Both the position numbers and the translations under genes were made by a program. The notes beneath the pieces were generated by a model. The model saw only the letters and a list, made by a program, of their open reading frames with translations. It had not been told where the DNA came from and searched no databases. Shown here in pieces: positions 33,091 to 46,599 of a stretch of DNA of 64,000 nucleotides. Source of the stretch: the human T2T-CHM13v2.0 reference genome, Homo sapiens; NCBI RefSeq assembly GCF_009914755.1, contig NC_060930.1, one strand, 5' to 3'. The stretch's first letter is position 1; every line of letters starts with the position of its first letter.

Positions 33091-33769
33091 GCCCCCAGGA
33101 GAGGCCAGAGGAAGTTTTGGAGGATGGGAGGGGCTTGGACCAACTATTACCACGTCCTCCAAGAAGGGACCCCCTGAAGAGAGAGAAAAGGCCGTCAGAG
33201 CACCGCGCAGCTGAGCTCCAACAAATCCTCTCTCTATGTCCATCTGCGATGCAGGGAATCCTACTTTCCCAAGAAGTTTCCGTGGACAAATTTTGAGTTA
33301 GAAAGTAAAATAAACTTTACCAATAATCTTTAAAAGGAAAACATTGGCTACACAATGGAATAAAAACCTCTTAAAACTTTAAATCACTTTCAAAAATGTT
33401 ATTTTATTTTTCTTTTATTATTATTTAATTTCATTGTGTAAGAAAAAATGTGTAATTGTTGGAGTTGTTTGGTCTAAAGCAAAGTGTAAAGAGCTCCCGT
33501 GGACTCCCCGAGGAGGGCAGAGGTGCTGGTCCTCTCTGTTGGTCCCTCCAGGACCCGGGCACCTCCTCCAGGCTGACACAGGCTGGAGGACGGCATCACC
33601 CTTGCCTTTGGCTTCTGGTTGGGCTCGGCTAATAAGAGGCACTGGGAGAATTTAGTCCAGTATATATATTTAAAAAACAAAACAAAACAAAACAACAACA
33701 ACGTAAAGCTAACGTCTGTGTAAAGAGAAATCTAACCAAATTAGGCCATGTGTCAAAGACCATGAAATC

Positions 33770-33975
33770 GATGATTTTCAACTTGGAGGGAGCTAGGAAA
33801 TCATGCGGGTCTCTGGTTCCAAATGAGAATCACCTGGGGGGTTCGTTATAATACGTGTTCCTGAGTTTCCTCTTTACTTAATGGGTTAGATTAGCCTTTC
33901 CAAGGCAGGGCCAGGGAACCTGTGTTTTCAGCATGCTCCCCAGGTGGTTCTCGGGTAGTCTGTGGACTGGTAAAA
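33770..33975. mobile_element. MER5-like hAT element
   Basis: AGAATCACCTGGGGG...CATGCTCCCCAGGTGGTTCT. Confidence 0.55.
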
Positions 33976-34619
33976 CCTGCTCCAATGCTCTTTCCTCAAT
34001 GAATAAGGGATGCCTATTTTAAGTGGGGCAGACACAGCTTCTGACTTCAAATTAATCAAATGACAGCTAGTAATTGATTTGCATGGCCCGGTTTATGGGG
34101 AGCCCTAATCTTAGTTTTTTCGTTTCTAGTCCACAGTGTCTACGTAATGCCTAGCACATCATAGGCGCCTAGGAGACACCTGCGCATGAATGAACAGTGT
34201 CTTCACTGCTTTGGTCCTGCCCTGGTTAGGACCCTTGCCACCTTCACCTCCCCCCAAGTGAGGTGGGAGCTGGAGCCATGAGATGAAAGACGGGAAAGCC
34301 ATGAAAAACTCATGATAAAGAATGTTGCTTCTTTGGTTAATAACAGTCGAGTATCGGGTGTTTTTTTTATTTGAAAACATACATAGATTTTTTAAAGTAT
34401 GTTTTTTGTTATTAACTTATAATTTAATTACATGATAATCCTCTATGGCTTGGAGTGTGGTGAACTTCTGTAAATATTTCACATGGGCTCTAATAAATGT
34501 GATGCAGAATTTTATACATGTACATGTTTATTGGATCAAGCATGTGGATTTTGTCATTCTAATTTATTACGGTTTTCTTTATCTTTGGACTGGCCTATAC
34601 ATAACTAAGAGTGGTGCAT

Positions 34620-34785
34620 TTATTTATTTATTTTTTAGAGACAGGGCCTTGCTCTGTTGCTCAGGCTGGAGGGCAGTGAAGTAATCATGGCTCGCTGCAG
34701 CCTCAAACAGCTGGGCTTAAGCGATCCTCCTGCCTCAGCCTCCCAGAGTAGCTGGGACTATAGGCATGCCCCACAATTCCTGGCC
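34620..34785 (-). mobile_element. AluJ arm
   Basis: single arm. Confidence 0.8.
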
Positions 34786-35651
34786 TATGAATGGTATATT
34801 TAAATCTCTAACTGTGACTGTAGGTTTTTCAACTTGTTTCTAATTTTTAAATCAACTTTTGCCCTCTCTGCATTTAGGTTATTAAGGTGTTTACTCTTGG
34901 GAATTATTACAGTCTTGGTGAACTGAGCCTTTTCCCAATTTGTCCTGAGAATCTTTCTGTCCTACTCTGTCTTGTCTGATAGTAATAAGTTCTACAGCTG
35001 TCTTTGGGTATTTGTTCACTGTATCTTTTTCTACTCTTTTGTTTTTACTCTTCCTTTGTACTTATGCTTTAGATGTAGCCCTTGAAATGTCATAAATATA
35101 GATTTTTGCTTCTGATTCAATCTGACGATCTCTGTCTTCTAACCTATGTTCAATTCATATGGTAGTCAAAGTGAGCAAACTTGTTTCTGCAAGAGACAAA
35201 CACTGAAGCCTCAGTGGTTTAACAAAACACAGGTTTATTTTTTAGCCACGTGTAGTTCAAGGCAGGTTGGGCACTCTGTAGCTCTTTTCCAAAACATGCC
35301 TCAAGGTGGCTAAGCTCCACTTTGCATCTCTATTATTGAAAAGCACTTCATGAACTCCTAGCTTTGCAGGTAGGAGAGAGAACCTGGGAAAGGCACATTG
35401 TTTCCATGGTTTTGGACCAGAAACTATTTGCCATCTCTGCTCACATTCCATTGGCAAGAAGTAAACAATGACCCCACATAGGCGCACGGGGATGGAAAAA
35501 TGTACGTTACCTATGTGTGCAGGAAGATATAATGGTTTGGTGAGCACATGGCACTGTCTTTGCTGCATTCTGATTGTGTTTATTGTGAATATTGATGCAC
35601 TTGGGCTTGTTTGTAATACCTTATTTATTTCAATATTTCTATTTTTTAAAG

Positions 35652-35969
<318 letters not shown>

Positions 35970-37887
35970 AAGTTTTCTTTTTTAATCTTCATTGCCTTTT
36001 TTTTTTTTTAAGTGTTACCGATACCTTCTCCATCTTCCCTCTGACTGGATAAGAACTTTAGCATGCTTTCAAATTTATTCACATATTTTCTCCTTCACCA
36101 AATTATTTGGTCAACATTACTTTTCATATCTTTTGGCACCTTCTAGAATGCGTTCTCTGATTAGAATTCTTCTTCCAAAAACTTTCAGATGTGGGAATTT
36201 GCATAGCAAACCTTCTAAAGTCTTGTATGCTTGATAATTTTTTAAAATTATACCAGCACTTTTGAATAAAGTTTAGCTGTGTATTACATACTATTTGAAG
36301 TATTTTCCCCTTTAATATTCTAAATAACATCATTCCAAATTTTTTTTTTTGCATCCAATGTCACAGTTAGAAAATCCCATGTCAGTCTTTCATGCTGGAA
36401 TCTTCTAGAATTTTCTCATTGTCTTTGATATTTTTAAATTTTGCTAGTGTGTCTAGAGTGGGTTTTTCCTTCTCTCTGTAAGACATTATGGATCTTCTCT
36501 ATCTTTTAATTCTGGGAATTCATCTTTTTATTTCTTTAACTATTTTTCTCCTCTATTTTTTGTCTTTGTGAAACTCATATAATCTATATTTGGATAATTC
36601 TCTCCTCCTTTTCCCCTGACTTTTCTATTGATGACTTCTCAATTCTTCCCTCTTTTGTTCTGAACTAGCTCCTCAGTGTAGTCCTCCATCTTTCTGTTTT
36701 GTTTTTCAGTTGCATCTCTCCCACTATTTATCCCATTAATGTGGCTTTTACTTTGACTATTATATATATTTTTTACACCTAGAACTTCTAGGTGTTTTCC
36801 CTATATTCTCTATTTTTTCATATTATAATAGCTTCTGACTTTTAAAGTGCACTTTTAATGCTCATTTTAAGCGGCTGGTCTATATTTTCTACCACTTCTT
36901 TCAAGGACATAGATGGTCCTGTTTGCTGTTTTTCTTTTGAGGTGTCGGCACTCCCTAAAGGTATTATTTTGACCCACTAGTGGCCATCTGTGTTGGTGTC
37001 ATGTGTGTAAAGAGAAAGGAGGGCCAGCTGGAGTCCTAGGCCAGCGCAAAACCATAGTCACTACCCTTTGGGTGTCACTTCAGGTCAGGACTTCAGGGTG
37101 GGAGCACTAGGAGGCGTAGGGAGCACTGATAGCTGGGGTGGCAGAGGAGGCAATGACTAGGGCAGTCCCCAGCTCCTCCCACTCCAGCAGGATTTCAGCT
37201 TGGATTTTCTCACCCACCCCTCAACAGCTGGACAGGCAATCAGGATCTTGCCATCGTTTTTTGCAGCAGGGAGCAGGCAGTGATTGCTCAAGGCCAACAC
37301 CGGGGAGGCAAGAGCAGAAGGTTCCAGGAACCTTCTCATAGCCACAGCCAGCAAGCAACCCAGTTCAGAACACCTTTCAGTCTCACCAGGGCTTCCTCAT
37401 TATTTGTTTTCTTGGAATGTATATGTATGGTCCACATTCCCTCCTAGATGGAAAGGGCCTGTAAGAAGGGATCATGGATGATTGAATCTTTGTTACACAA
37501 TCTTCCTTTTCCCCCTAAACGCTAGCACGTTATTAAATAAATAAGTCAATGATAACAAATAAAAGTGAATAAAGTGGATAACCCTGACTCTAGGGAGAGG
37601 TACTGTTATTGGGACTAGAGTCTAATAATGAGGCAAACACAGATTCGACAAAAACTTACTAAAGTGTCCTTTAAAAATGACACAAATCCAGTTGTTCTAA
37701 ATTGTCTAAAATGCTGACTTTGAGGTAAAGTTGTATCTGTCATGTTCTTTGGAGCATGACAAGTTCAGGTAGGTGTTGGGGGATATTCTTCATTAAATAC
37801 ATGTTTATAGGACACCTGATGTGACTTAGGCACTGTGTGCTGCTCTGGGAGCACAGAAGAGCAGGACATGATCCCCTTCCTCAAGGA

Positions 37888-38171
37888 CTGTGCTGTCCTG
37901 TGCAGTAGCCACAAGCCACCTGTAGCTATTAAGCCAAAAAAAACTCTAAGTATAAAATGCCCTGGGATTTGAAGACTTAATTAAATGTATATACATAATC
38001 TCAGTAATTTCTATATTAATTAATGTTCAGTTTGCAATTTTTTGTATATTTGCGGTTTAAAATATGTATTAGATTAATCTCACCTGTTTCTTATTGCTTT
38101 TTAAATGTAGCTACTAGAAAATTTGAAATTGAATTAAGAGGCTCCCATTATATTTCTACTGGACAGCGCTG
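37888..38171. mobile_element. MER33-like hAT-Charlie element
   Basis: CTGTGCTGTCC...GTAGCCAC...GGACAGCGCTG termini. Confidence 0.75.
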
Positions 38172-38285
38172 CTCTGGGTGCTCTTGGTTGGCTACCAGTT
38201 GGCCACTGGCTCCTTTTCTGAGATTTTTACATTTAAGTAGCCAGCTTGCCAGAGTCTTCAAGTCCTTTCCTGTTACTACCTAGAT

Positions 38286-38304
38286 ATTCCACCAGAGGGC
38301 GACC
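38286..38304 (+). promoter_or_regulatory. CTCF motif
   Basis: ATTCCACCAGAGGGCGACC. Confidence 0.72.
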
Positions 38305-41300
38305 TTACCATTGAATTTTTCCATTCTGGACCTTAGATCTGACTGTTTGCTGGTGCATCGCTCTGTTTTAATCTATTTTGCTTTAAGTGCCGTGCTAGGC
38401 TTTGGGACCACAATTATGGTTCCTGCCAACAAGAATGGCTGTCTTGGAAGTCTGTACACAGAACTAAATACGTGGTGGAAAAAGGAGAAGGTCTATTAAT
38501 GTGCAATATAAATGTTCATGTGGCCTGCAACTTTCTGGGGCAATCCTTTCCCTAGTAATTAAGCAGTTTCAAGTGCCTGTCTAATTGCAGGAATTCAAAT
38601 GGCTCACTGCTGTCACCAGAATGTCTGATAATTCCTGGACAGAGAAGTGATGCAAATGTGTGCTTACGTATGGAGTTGATGGCATCTCCTGCACCAGCCT
38701 CCTGCCCTGGGCAGACTGTTGTGGTCATTTGGGGGCAGCTCCCCAGCACAGCAGATTTCTTGCTGGCCATCACTTTTCAAACTCTGGACTTCTGCCCTTT
38801 GGCTGGGAACTGCTCACTTCCCTTAGAACTTTCCCCTCCCGTCTCCTGACTTCTCTAAATGCCAGAGTTCCAACCTCTGTCTCCTGGGAAATTCTAAGCT
38901 AAAATCACTCTTCCTTTATATCTGCAGATAGTTTGAAATTTATACATCAAAAAAAGTAACTTTAAAAATATATAACTGGTCTCATTACACTCTGGAGCAA
39001 CAATTCCAAATGATGGTAGGAAAACCCCAAAATTGGCCATCGAAAGGCATAGATACAGCCCTTCCTGTTTAAAAGAGGTATTTTTGAAAAACTTCAAATG
39101 TCTTCTGGGAAAGGCACAATCTTTCACGGTTTCTTCTCTTCCCCCTCTCCCTCCCCCTTTTGGGAATGACATCCTGGGGCAGAGGATGAACTTACAGAGC
39201 GTGCTGGCTGTGGGAAGCTGGGTCTAGGTGGCATTTTTTCTCTTTTCTGATGGTTCTCTGCCCCCAGTTCCTTGGCCTGTCCCCATCGCTCGCCAACATT
39301 TCCGTGGCTGGTCTAATCTGCGATCGATTATCCCTGACGAAGGCAGTGGGGCTCAGCCACCTTGCCTGCTGGTGGCCCCAGCGTGGCTCTGCTACTACTC
39401 ACATCCTTCCAGTTTGGCGAGGCTGCAGCCTGATCCTGGGCCCGTGTGTTCTGGGCTGTGGCCCCTGGCTCCAGGCCAGTTCAAGCCTCTCCATGACCAT
39501 CCTGAACACCAATTTACTGCACGTCAACTCACTAAAATCAACCCATCAACTAATCAGAAATTAATACATCAAATCATCAATTCCCCAATTTTATCAATTT
39601 GCCAAAAACTTGACTTTAAAGTTTTGTCCTTTTATATTGAATTTAATGGTTTTTACAACTTTTGAAGACTTCTGAAAATGTTGGTTAATTTGCCTTTCCT
39701 TTTGTTTTCATAGTAGCTTATAAGTAATATTCGATTTGTCAGATGTTGGTGATACAGGGAGAAGATGACAATGGTGACAGAGTGTTTTTCATCTTCCCAA
39801 GTGTCCTCACAAAAACAGAGAGTGCAATTGGGATAGCAAAGGAAAATATCCACAGGCAGTGTCTCTTTATCAGACCAGGGATATCCCTAGAAGATCCCGT
39901 GAGACTCTAGAATGTGTGTGGGTAGATCCAAGCTGTAGATCCAAGGTAGATCCTGTGGGCTCTAGTGCCATGTGGAGGTAGCAGAGGGTTGAGAGGAGAG
40001 GGTTCTGGTGTTTCTAAGATCTCAGGAACACAGAAGTGGCCAGTGAGTGCCCACCTCCCAAAAGAGGTGATCTCAGTCTAGAATGAATCCCCAGCAGAGA
40101 GCTCTAAGGACCTAGACTTTTGTAAATTTAGAAACTCCCTTTTCTCTTACCAATGTCTAATTTTTAAGACTATGACTTTGATATAGCTGTCAATATTCTG
40201 TTTTGGAATATTGTTTGCTTTTGGTCTTCTGTGATAAAAATCCAAATTTTCCCCTGGGTGAATAGGCATAAGGTCACATCTAAAGAAGTGCAAAAGGAAA
40301 ACATTAAGACCTCTAGTAAATTAATGTTTTTATAATAACATATATCTCCATATGCTTCACAGAAACATGTAACTTCTGTCTATACAAGCTTTGGGTATTT
40401 CATTTATAATGAAATGGCGCATTAACGTGTTTTTCTAAATCAAAAGTCAATTTCCTCCTTGAGATTAATTACATCTCCAGAATATGAAAGCAGCTTCTGA
40501 CACTATGTATTTGAAATAGCAATTTCCCATGTTTGCTATAACAACAATAAATAAATTGTTGTGTAATACACAAAAGGGAATTCTTAATTCTGCCCTAGGT
40601 AGGAGAAGCTAGAGAGAAGATGACGTTTGAACTGTGCCTTGGAGGATAAATACAAGTCTACTGATGCGGAGAAGAGGATGAGAGCCTTGCAAGGAGAGAA
40701 GATGGCCTGGGCAAAGGCACAGAGGCCTCAAAGTATATGGTGGGCAGGGGACTGCTGCATGGCCAAGTAAACGAGGAGCCGGAGGAGACGAGGCTTAGGA
40801 AACAGGCTGGTGTCAAATTGTGAAAGCCGCAGATGTCCTGCTAAGTAATAGGGTTGTGCCTTATCTATGATTAATGGCAAGCAGGCACAGTTTTTGCCTT
40901 GGAGCCCGGTGAAAGCAGGATTGACTTGAATTGATAGAAAGAGAAAAGAGGCAGCAAACCATTTAATTGATTGACTGATCAATTAATTAATTACCCGAGT
41001 CTCCTTGTGAAAGTTCCAAACCTTCTCACTCTCCTCTCACTCCACATTCAGTTCTACATAGCAGCAGGAATTCCTTGGCTCTTACTTCATCAAGAAAATT
41101 GGTCAGGCACACCCTTCATCAGCGACATTCTGACCATTTGGAGACCCTGGTTTCTCTTTCTTCTTCTTCCTGAAGTCTCAGAGGCTGGGGCTCTTCCTGC
41201 TCCAGGCTAACCCTGACCTCCAGTTATGCGCTCGAGACCTTCACTCCTGCCTCCACTGGGAGCTTGTCTCAGCTGTCCTCCCTTCTATCTCTCTGTTAAC

Positions 41301-44300
41301 TCTAATCAGCCCCCTGCTGCCAGATCCTTCCCTTCAGTTTAGAATTTAGGCTCAAATCTTCCTTGTCCCTAATGCTCTTCTCATCTCCCTAGCTTCCACC
41401 CTCATCTTTCTTCTTTACTCTTCCCATGTTCCTTAAAGAAAATGTTACACTTCTGTGTTTCCTCTTTCTCCCCTCCCACTCATTCTCAGCCCCACTGCAG
41501 TCTGACTTCCTTGTCCATGACCTCAGTGGGACAGAAATTGATTGCCAAGGTCACCAAATCTTTATCTTTGTGGAGTTTTCTGCTGCTTTCATCACAGTAG
41601 ATCATTCCACTTTCTTGAAATCTCTCCTTATTCAGATTTCAAGACATCACACTCCTCTGATTTTCCTGACACCATTCAGATCATTCATTCTGGGGCTTCT
41701 GCTCCTCTGGGAATCTCTAAATGCAGAGTGCCTCTAGGGATCTGTCCCCAGCTAACAATGTCTCCTTGATCAAACATTCATTTGTATAGCTTCAATTCTT
41801 AGTCATCTAATTATACCTAACATAGCAAAGAACAATCCTTGGCATCTACTAGGTGCTTAGTAGCTGTCACATCTTTTCTTCTTCTCAGACCTTTTGAATA
41901 CAGCAACCTGGTCTTCTATTAATGGAGAGCAAAATCTAACCATTCCACCTCCTCTCTCCTCAGGGCCACAATTTTATTCTTCTAGATATCTCTTCTTTCT
42001 CTACATTAATCCACTTCTTTTTCCATTTCTGTACACTCACTTTCCTTCTTTGGCTCTCTTCATCTGATCAAAATGAAAAATTAAAAGATATTTCAATGTT
42101 TTTGTGTAATAGCTAATCTATTATAAAATATTTATATTCTTAGACATGCAGCTTTATTATGCAATCACAAATGTTTTACACGTTTGACTTTTCTCAAAAC
42201 CAAAAATCAGTTTTTAAAATTGCTTTTTACCTATATGTGGTTCTTGCTTGATGAAAACAAGCAACTAGAAAAAACTGGTCTACTTCCACTCAAACAGTGT
42301 CTCCAACTATGTGGCTTGCCCGGCTACCAGACCCTTCTTGAGAAATATTCTGCCGGACACAAATGAACACTCTTAGTTCACACTGCCCATTGGCACACGA
42401 GGGCATGGAGAGTGTTCTCTATGGAGAAGTAGGTGCTTACAGCAGAAATAGCCTTCCATGAGGTTGCGTCGGTTCTGCTTTCACTTTCCCGTCTCATGCA
42501 AAGTGGCCCAGAAAACAGCAGCCCCTCCCTGGAACTATTTCCTTCCTTTCTCAGAGAGTTGCATCTCCTGCTCTCTGGAAAGTTTCATGAGGAAATGGAT
42601 TGCCTCTGTTCTTGGTGAAAATTAACTCCATTACTAAGTTCTTAATCTTTTTTGTTTATATAGCTCTCATTCCAAAAGACAATCTCCCTGACTGGGCTAG
42701 AAAGTCATATGTTTGTAAATAATCAGAGAGAGGCCAAGGAAAAGGACAGAGCTGGCCACTGAGCCCAGAGGGCTCTGTTATCAATCCCATGGCAATTCAC
42801 TGCTAGTCTTCTGCAAAAGACACATGACCCAGAGGAGACCCTCAGACACAAGGAAAGAGGAACTCTGTAGGGGACTTAGAGGCAATCTCTTTAATTGGAG
42901 GGGCTAAATAGCTTTCCTCTCATGGTTTGCAGCTCAGTGTAAGGCCAGGCAAGCTCCCAGGAGGCCATCCAGGCTGTGAGGTCCCTAGAGAATCTCAGAG
43001 ACCACACCAAAGGGTCACTCCTGTCTTAGCAACTGAGTAGGAAGCATTGTTGCCACCAAACTGTACAAATCTGAGAAACTTAGTCAAGGAGGGAAGGGAG
43101 GACTTTGGGGCTTAGAGTTAAGCAGACTACTGCCCAGACAGGCGATGGCAAGGACAGGCAGAGTCCAAAGTGTCCTTTGAGACAGAAGCAGCATCAATGG
43201 TGTGGTGATAATCCAAGGACATGATAGAACTTCAGGGGATAAACACACACGGATTCTAGAGAAAAACTGTATACACGGCCAGCGTGGATTAGTCTCAAAG
43301 CCAAGGGGAGGTTTGATGGGACTGAGATGTCTTCATGAGGCCAACCCGGAGTGGGACTGCCCTCATTTCCAGAGGATTTAGTAAGTAGGTTTGGGCAGAG
43401 AGTCAGGCTGGGACCAGCTATAAAGGCTTTGCCAATCTGACTTGACTTAGTGCCATAGGAAAGTGAAGGCAGGAAACTGATGCTAATTGATTCTGGGCCT
43501 CTTGTTTTCTGCCTCAAAATAGAGAGCTCTGGGATTGAGGAGGGAATCATACTAGCACCATAAATGGTTTGAAGGGGAAAATGTGAAAACATTTTTTATA
43601 TGTCATGTCAAAGTCCAGTCTTTCTGGAGCACAGCGTGTTTGTAAGGACACAGAGGGAGGTCAGGCTGAGGAAAGACTGTAGACAACTGCAATGCCAGGC
43701 TCAGGATGTGGGACTTTGCAGGCAGTGGAGAGACAGTGATGGTTTTTGAGGAGGAAGTGAGATGATCATGGTTGTGTTCTAGGATTATTAACCTGGCACT
43801 AGTGTAGCAAATAAATTCGATCTGAGGGTGGCAGGAAGGTTAAAGAAAAAATAAGAACAGCCTTAGCCAACTGCTTTGGAGAACAACAGGGTAAGCTCAG
43901 AAATGCCCAATTCGATACAATAATTATCACAAAAGGAGTTGCATTTGTAACGTACGTATTACTTTTTAATGTGCCTTTTCATCTGTCACATCATCTGGTG
44001 CCTCTGGTGTGACCTTCCAAGTCCATCCTCCTTCCTGACCCTATCCATCCAGGCTCAGCCCCTGGGAGTGTGCCCACTGCTCCTACAGTGCCTTCCACCA
44101 CTGGTCCTGAGTTTTGGAGAAGACATAGGGAGATGACAAAACTTTAGAAACAACGGAAACAATTTAGGGAATGGGGTGGTCACTATGAGAGGAATAAAAG
44201 ATGTCCACTGTAGACAGCATATATGGTGCAAGTCTATAATCTTGGAAAAAGTCAGACTACATTAATCTTGTTCACCAAATCCTGAAATACACAACAGGGA

Positions 44301-44599
44301 GAGTCTTTTAAACTTTGAAGATGGTAAGTTTAACATAAGTAGAAAAGCAGACTCTCTCATACCAAGGCTAACAAACCTATGGGAACCTGTTAGTCCCAAA
44401 AGTGAAATGTGTAAATTCTCAAAACATGTACATATATATATATAATCTACTCACACACACACAAGGGTGACAGAAACTTGAAGGACTGCTAAGAGAGCTC
44501 AAGGATATTTATGGCCTATTTAAACTTATGAAGCTTCTGTGGAGGAAATCTGTCCTTCTACACTTTGTCCCTGATGAAAGAGAGAAACCCTATGCTTAC

Positions 44600-44819
44600 A
44601 GCAATATCCACCAGGAGTGATTTTGCCTCACAGGGGATATTTGCCAATGTCTGTAAACATTTTTGTTCTCACACTAGGAGAGGGGAGCACTATTGATATC
44701 TGGTGGGTGTAGCCCAGGGATGTTGGATGTTGCTAAACATCTTGGAATGCGTAGGACAGCCCCCAGCACAAAGAATTATTCAGCCCTAAATGGCAATGGT
44801 GCCAGGTTGAGAAACCATG
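44600..44819 (+). mobile_element. MER20
   Basis: GTGATTTTGCCTC..GCTAAACATC..AAAGAATTAT..GGTTGAGAAACCATG. Confidence 0.85.
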
Positions 44820-44894
44820 GCTTAGGGTCATGCTCCTGCCCTAAAGTGCCATTGCTATTGTTTGCAAGTTTAATTATTCCAGGAGCTATACCTC

Positions 44895-45276
44895 TGTTAA
44901 GGACTGAATTTTATCCCTCCCCACAACTCGAAATTCCTATGTTGAAACCTTAACACCTAATGTGAATGCTTTGGAGACAGGGCCTTTAAATAGGTAATTA
45001 AGGTGAAACGAGGTTATCCAGGTGGGGCCCTAAGGCCCCTTATAAGGACTGGTGTCCTTATAAGAAGAGGAAGAGACACCAGGAGAGCAAATGCACAGAG
45101 GCCCTGTGAGGACACAGTGAGAAGGCAGTCATCTCCAGGCCAGCGAGAGAGGCCTCAGAATGGAACCTACCTTGCTGGCAACTTGATCTTGGACTTCCAG
45201 ACTCTGAGAAAATAAGTTTAAGTTTAAGCCACCCAGCCTGTGGTATCTTGTTATGGTGGCCCTGGCTAACTAATCA
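44895..45276 (+). mobile_element. MLT1A-type MaLR LTR
   Basis: GACTGGTGTCCTTATAAGAAGAGGAAGAGACAC..TTGATCTTGGACTTCCAG..TTAAGCCACCCAG. Confidence 0.88.
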
Positions 45277-45739
45277 CCCTTTCTCACTTACCTTTAGCTC
45301 TTCCTTACTCAATAAGTTTCCACTGAAAACTAGATGCTGGTGTGGTCCCCCTGCCCGATGTGCACACGTGGCCCACTGCAGATGGACCTACACAAGTGGC
45401 GCTGGAACCCTGAGGGGCTGAGGGGACCCCGCGTCCAGGCCACCCAGGTGCGGGGTGAGGGGGCACCCCAACTTCCCTGGATCACATGGGCTGCGGTGGC
45501 CGGTGGATCAGGGAGGAGAGGCGCGGGGAGCTTGCTGCAACTCCTCACCAGGGCAGGAGGGAAGATGCCCCCCACCTCCTCTAGTTCACCCTCTGGATTC
45601 AAGTTTGTCAGCCCCTGCCGCTGAGATCAGGGGATGGCACCAGATAGAATTTTAATTCAAAAGGAAGCAGAACTTAAAGATTAAGAAAATTCTTAGCCTA
45701 TCCATATTGTGAAAACTAAGAAATCATGTTCAGGACAGA

Positions 45740-46597
45740 ACACCAGTGGTGTGTCTATGTAACCATCGGATGAGGAAATTAGTATGGATCAACCATCTCA
45801 GTGGAATCTGGGTGCTATTCATCAAGGCAATGAAAGAATGACCCAAAGACATTTCAGATCAGGGCTGCCACTCCTATCCGAGGTGCGGAATACAAGGGCA
45901 TGAGGGACAGAATGATTTCAAAGGAGGGGCTGCAGGTACTTGTGGGGCTTCAGCACTCACTATCATGGGCCACCTTGAGGCTCTGCTCTCCACATTCCAT
46001 CACAGGGCTCCTAGGCTACCCCAGGTATGGCTCCAACAGATCCTGGTTTAGTGAGTGCTGTGCTCTGAAAAGCTGTGCGGGCATGGTAACCTCCACCTAG
46101 ATTTCAAAGGATGCTCTGGAAAGCCACAGTGCGTAGGCAGAAAGCCACCATGTGCAGGGCCACCATGGAGAGATTGCACTGCGCAATGCCCAGTGAAGCA
46201 GTAGGGTAAGGCCACCCCTGAGGCCCTAGACCAATTGAACCACTGGTATACAATTTCAGCCTGGGAGAGCCTCGGGCACCCAGCTGCCTCAGAGGTAGGG
46301 CCACCAAAGGGAGCAACTATGAGGGCAGGGCTGCACAAAGCCATGAGGCAGAGGCCACCTCCCCAGTGTGCCTGGAGGGCAGAACCTTGATTCAAAAAGA
46401 TTATTCTGGAAACTTGACTTGCTCAGGACCTGGTACACTTTTCTTCTCTCCCATTTCTTCCTTTTGGAATAAGAATTTCTATCCTATGCCTGTCCCATCA
46501 TTATATTTTGGAAGCAAATAGCATATTCGATTTCACAGCTGGAGAGCAATTTGCCTCACAATGAATCATACCTTGAGTCTCATCCATATCTGATTTA
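45740..46597 (+). mobile_element. MaLR internal sequence (MLT1-int-like)
   Basis: CCACCTAGATTTCAAAGGATG; CCTTTTGGAAT..CCTATGCCTGTCCCA. Confidence 0.7.
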
Positions 46598-46599
46598 TC

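Noticed and set aside
36974-36986. CCACTAGTGGCC as a CTCF site
   Set aside because: One base short in the core spacing; just a short palindrome.
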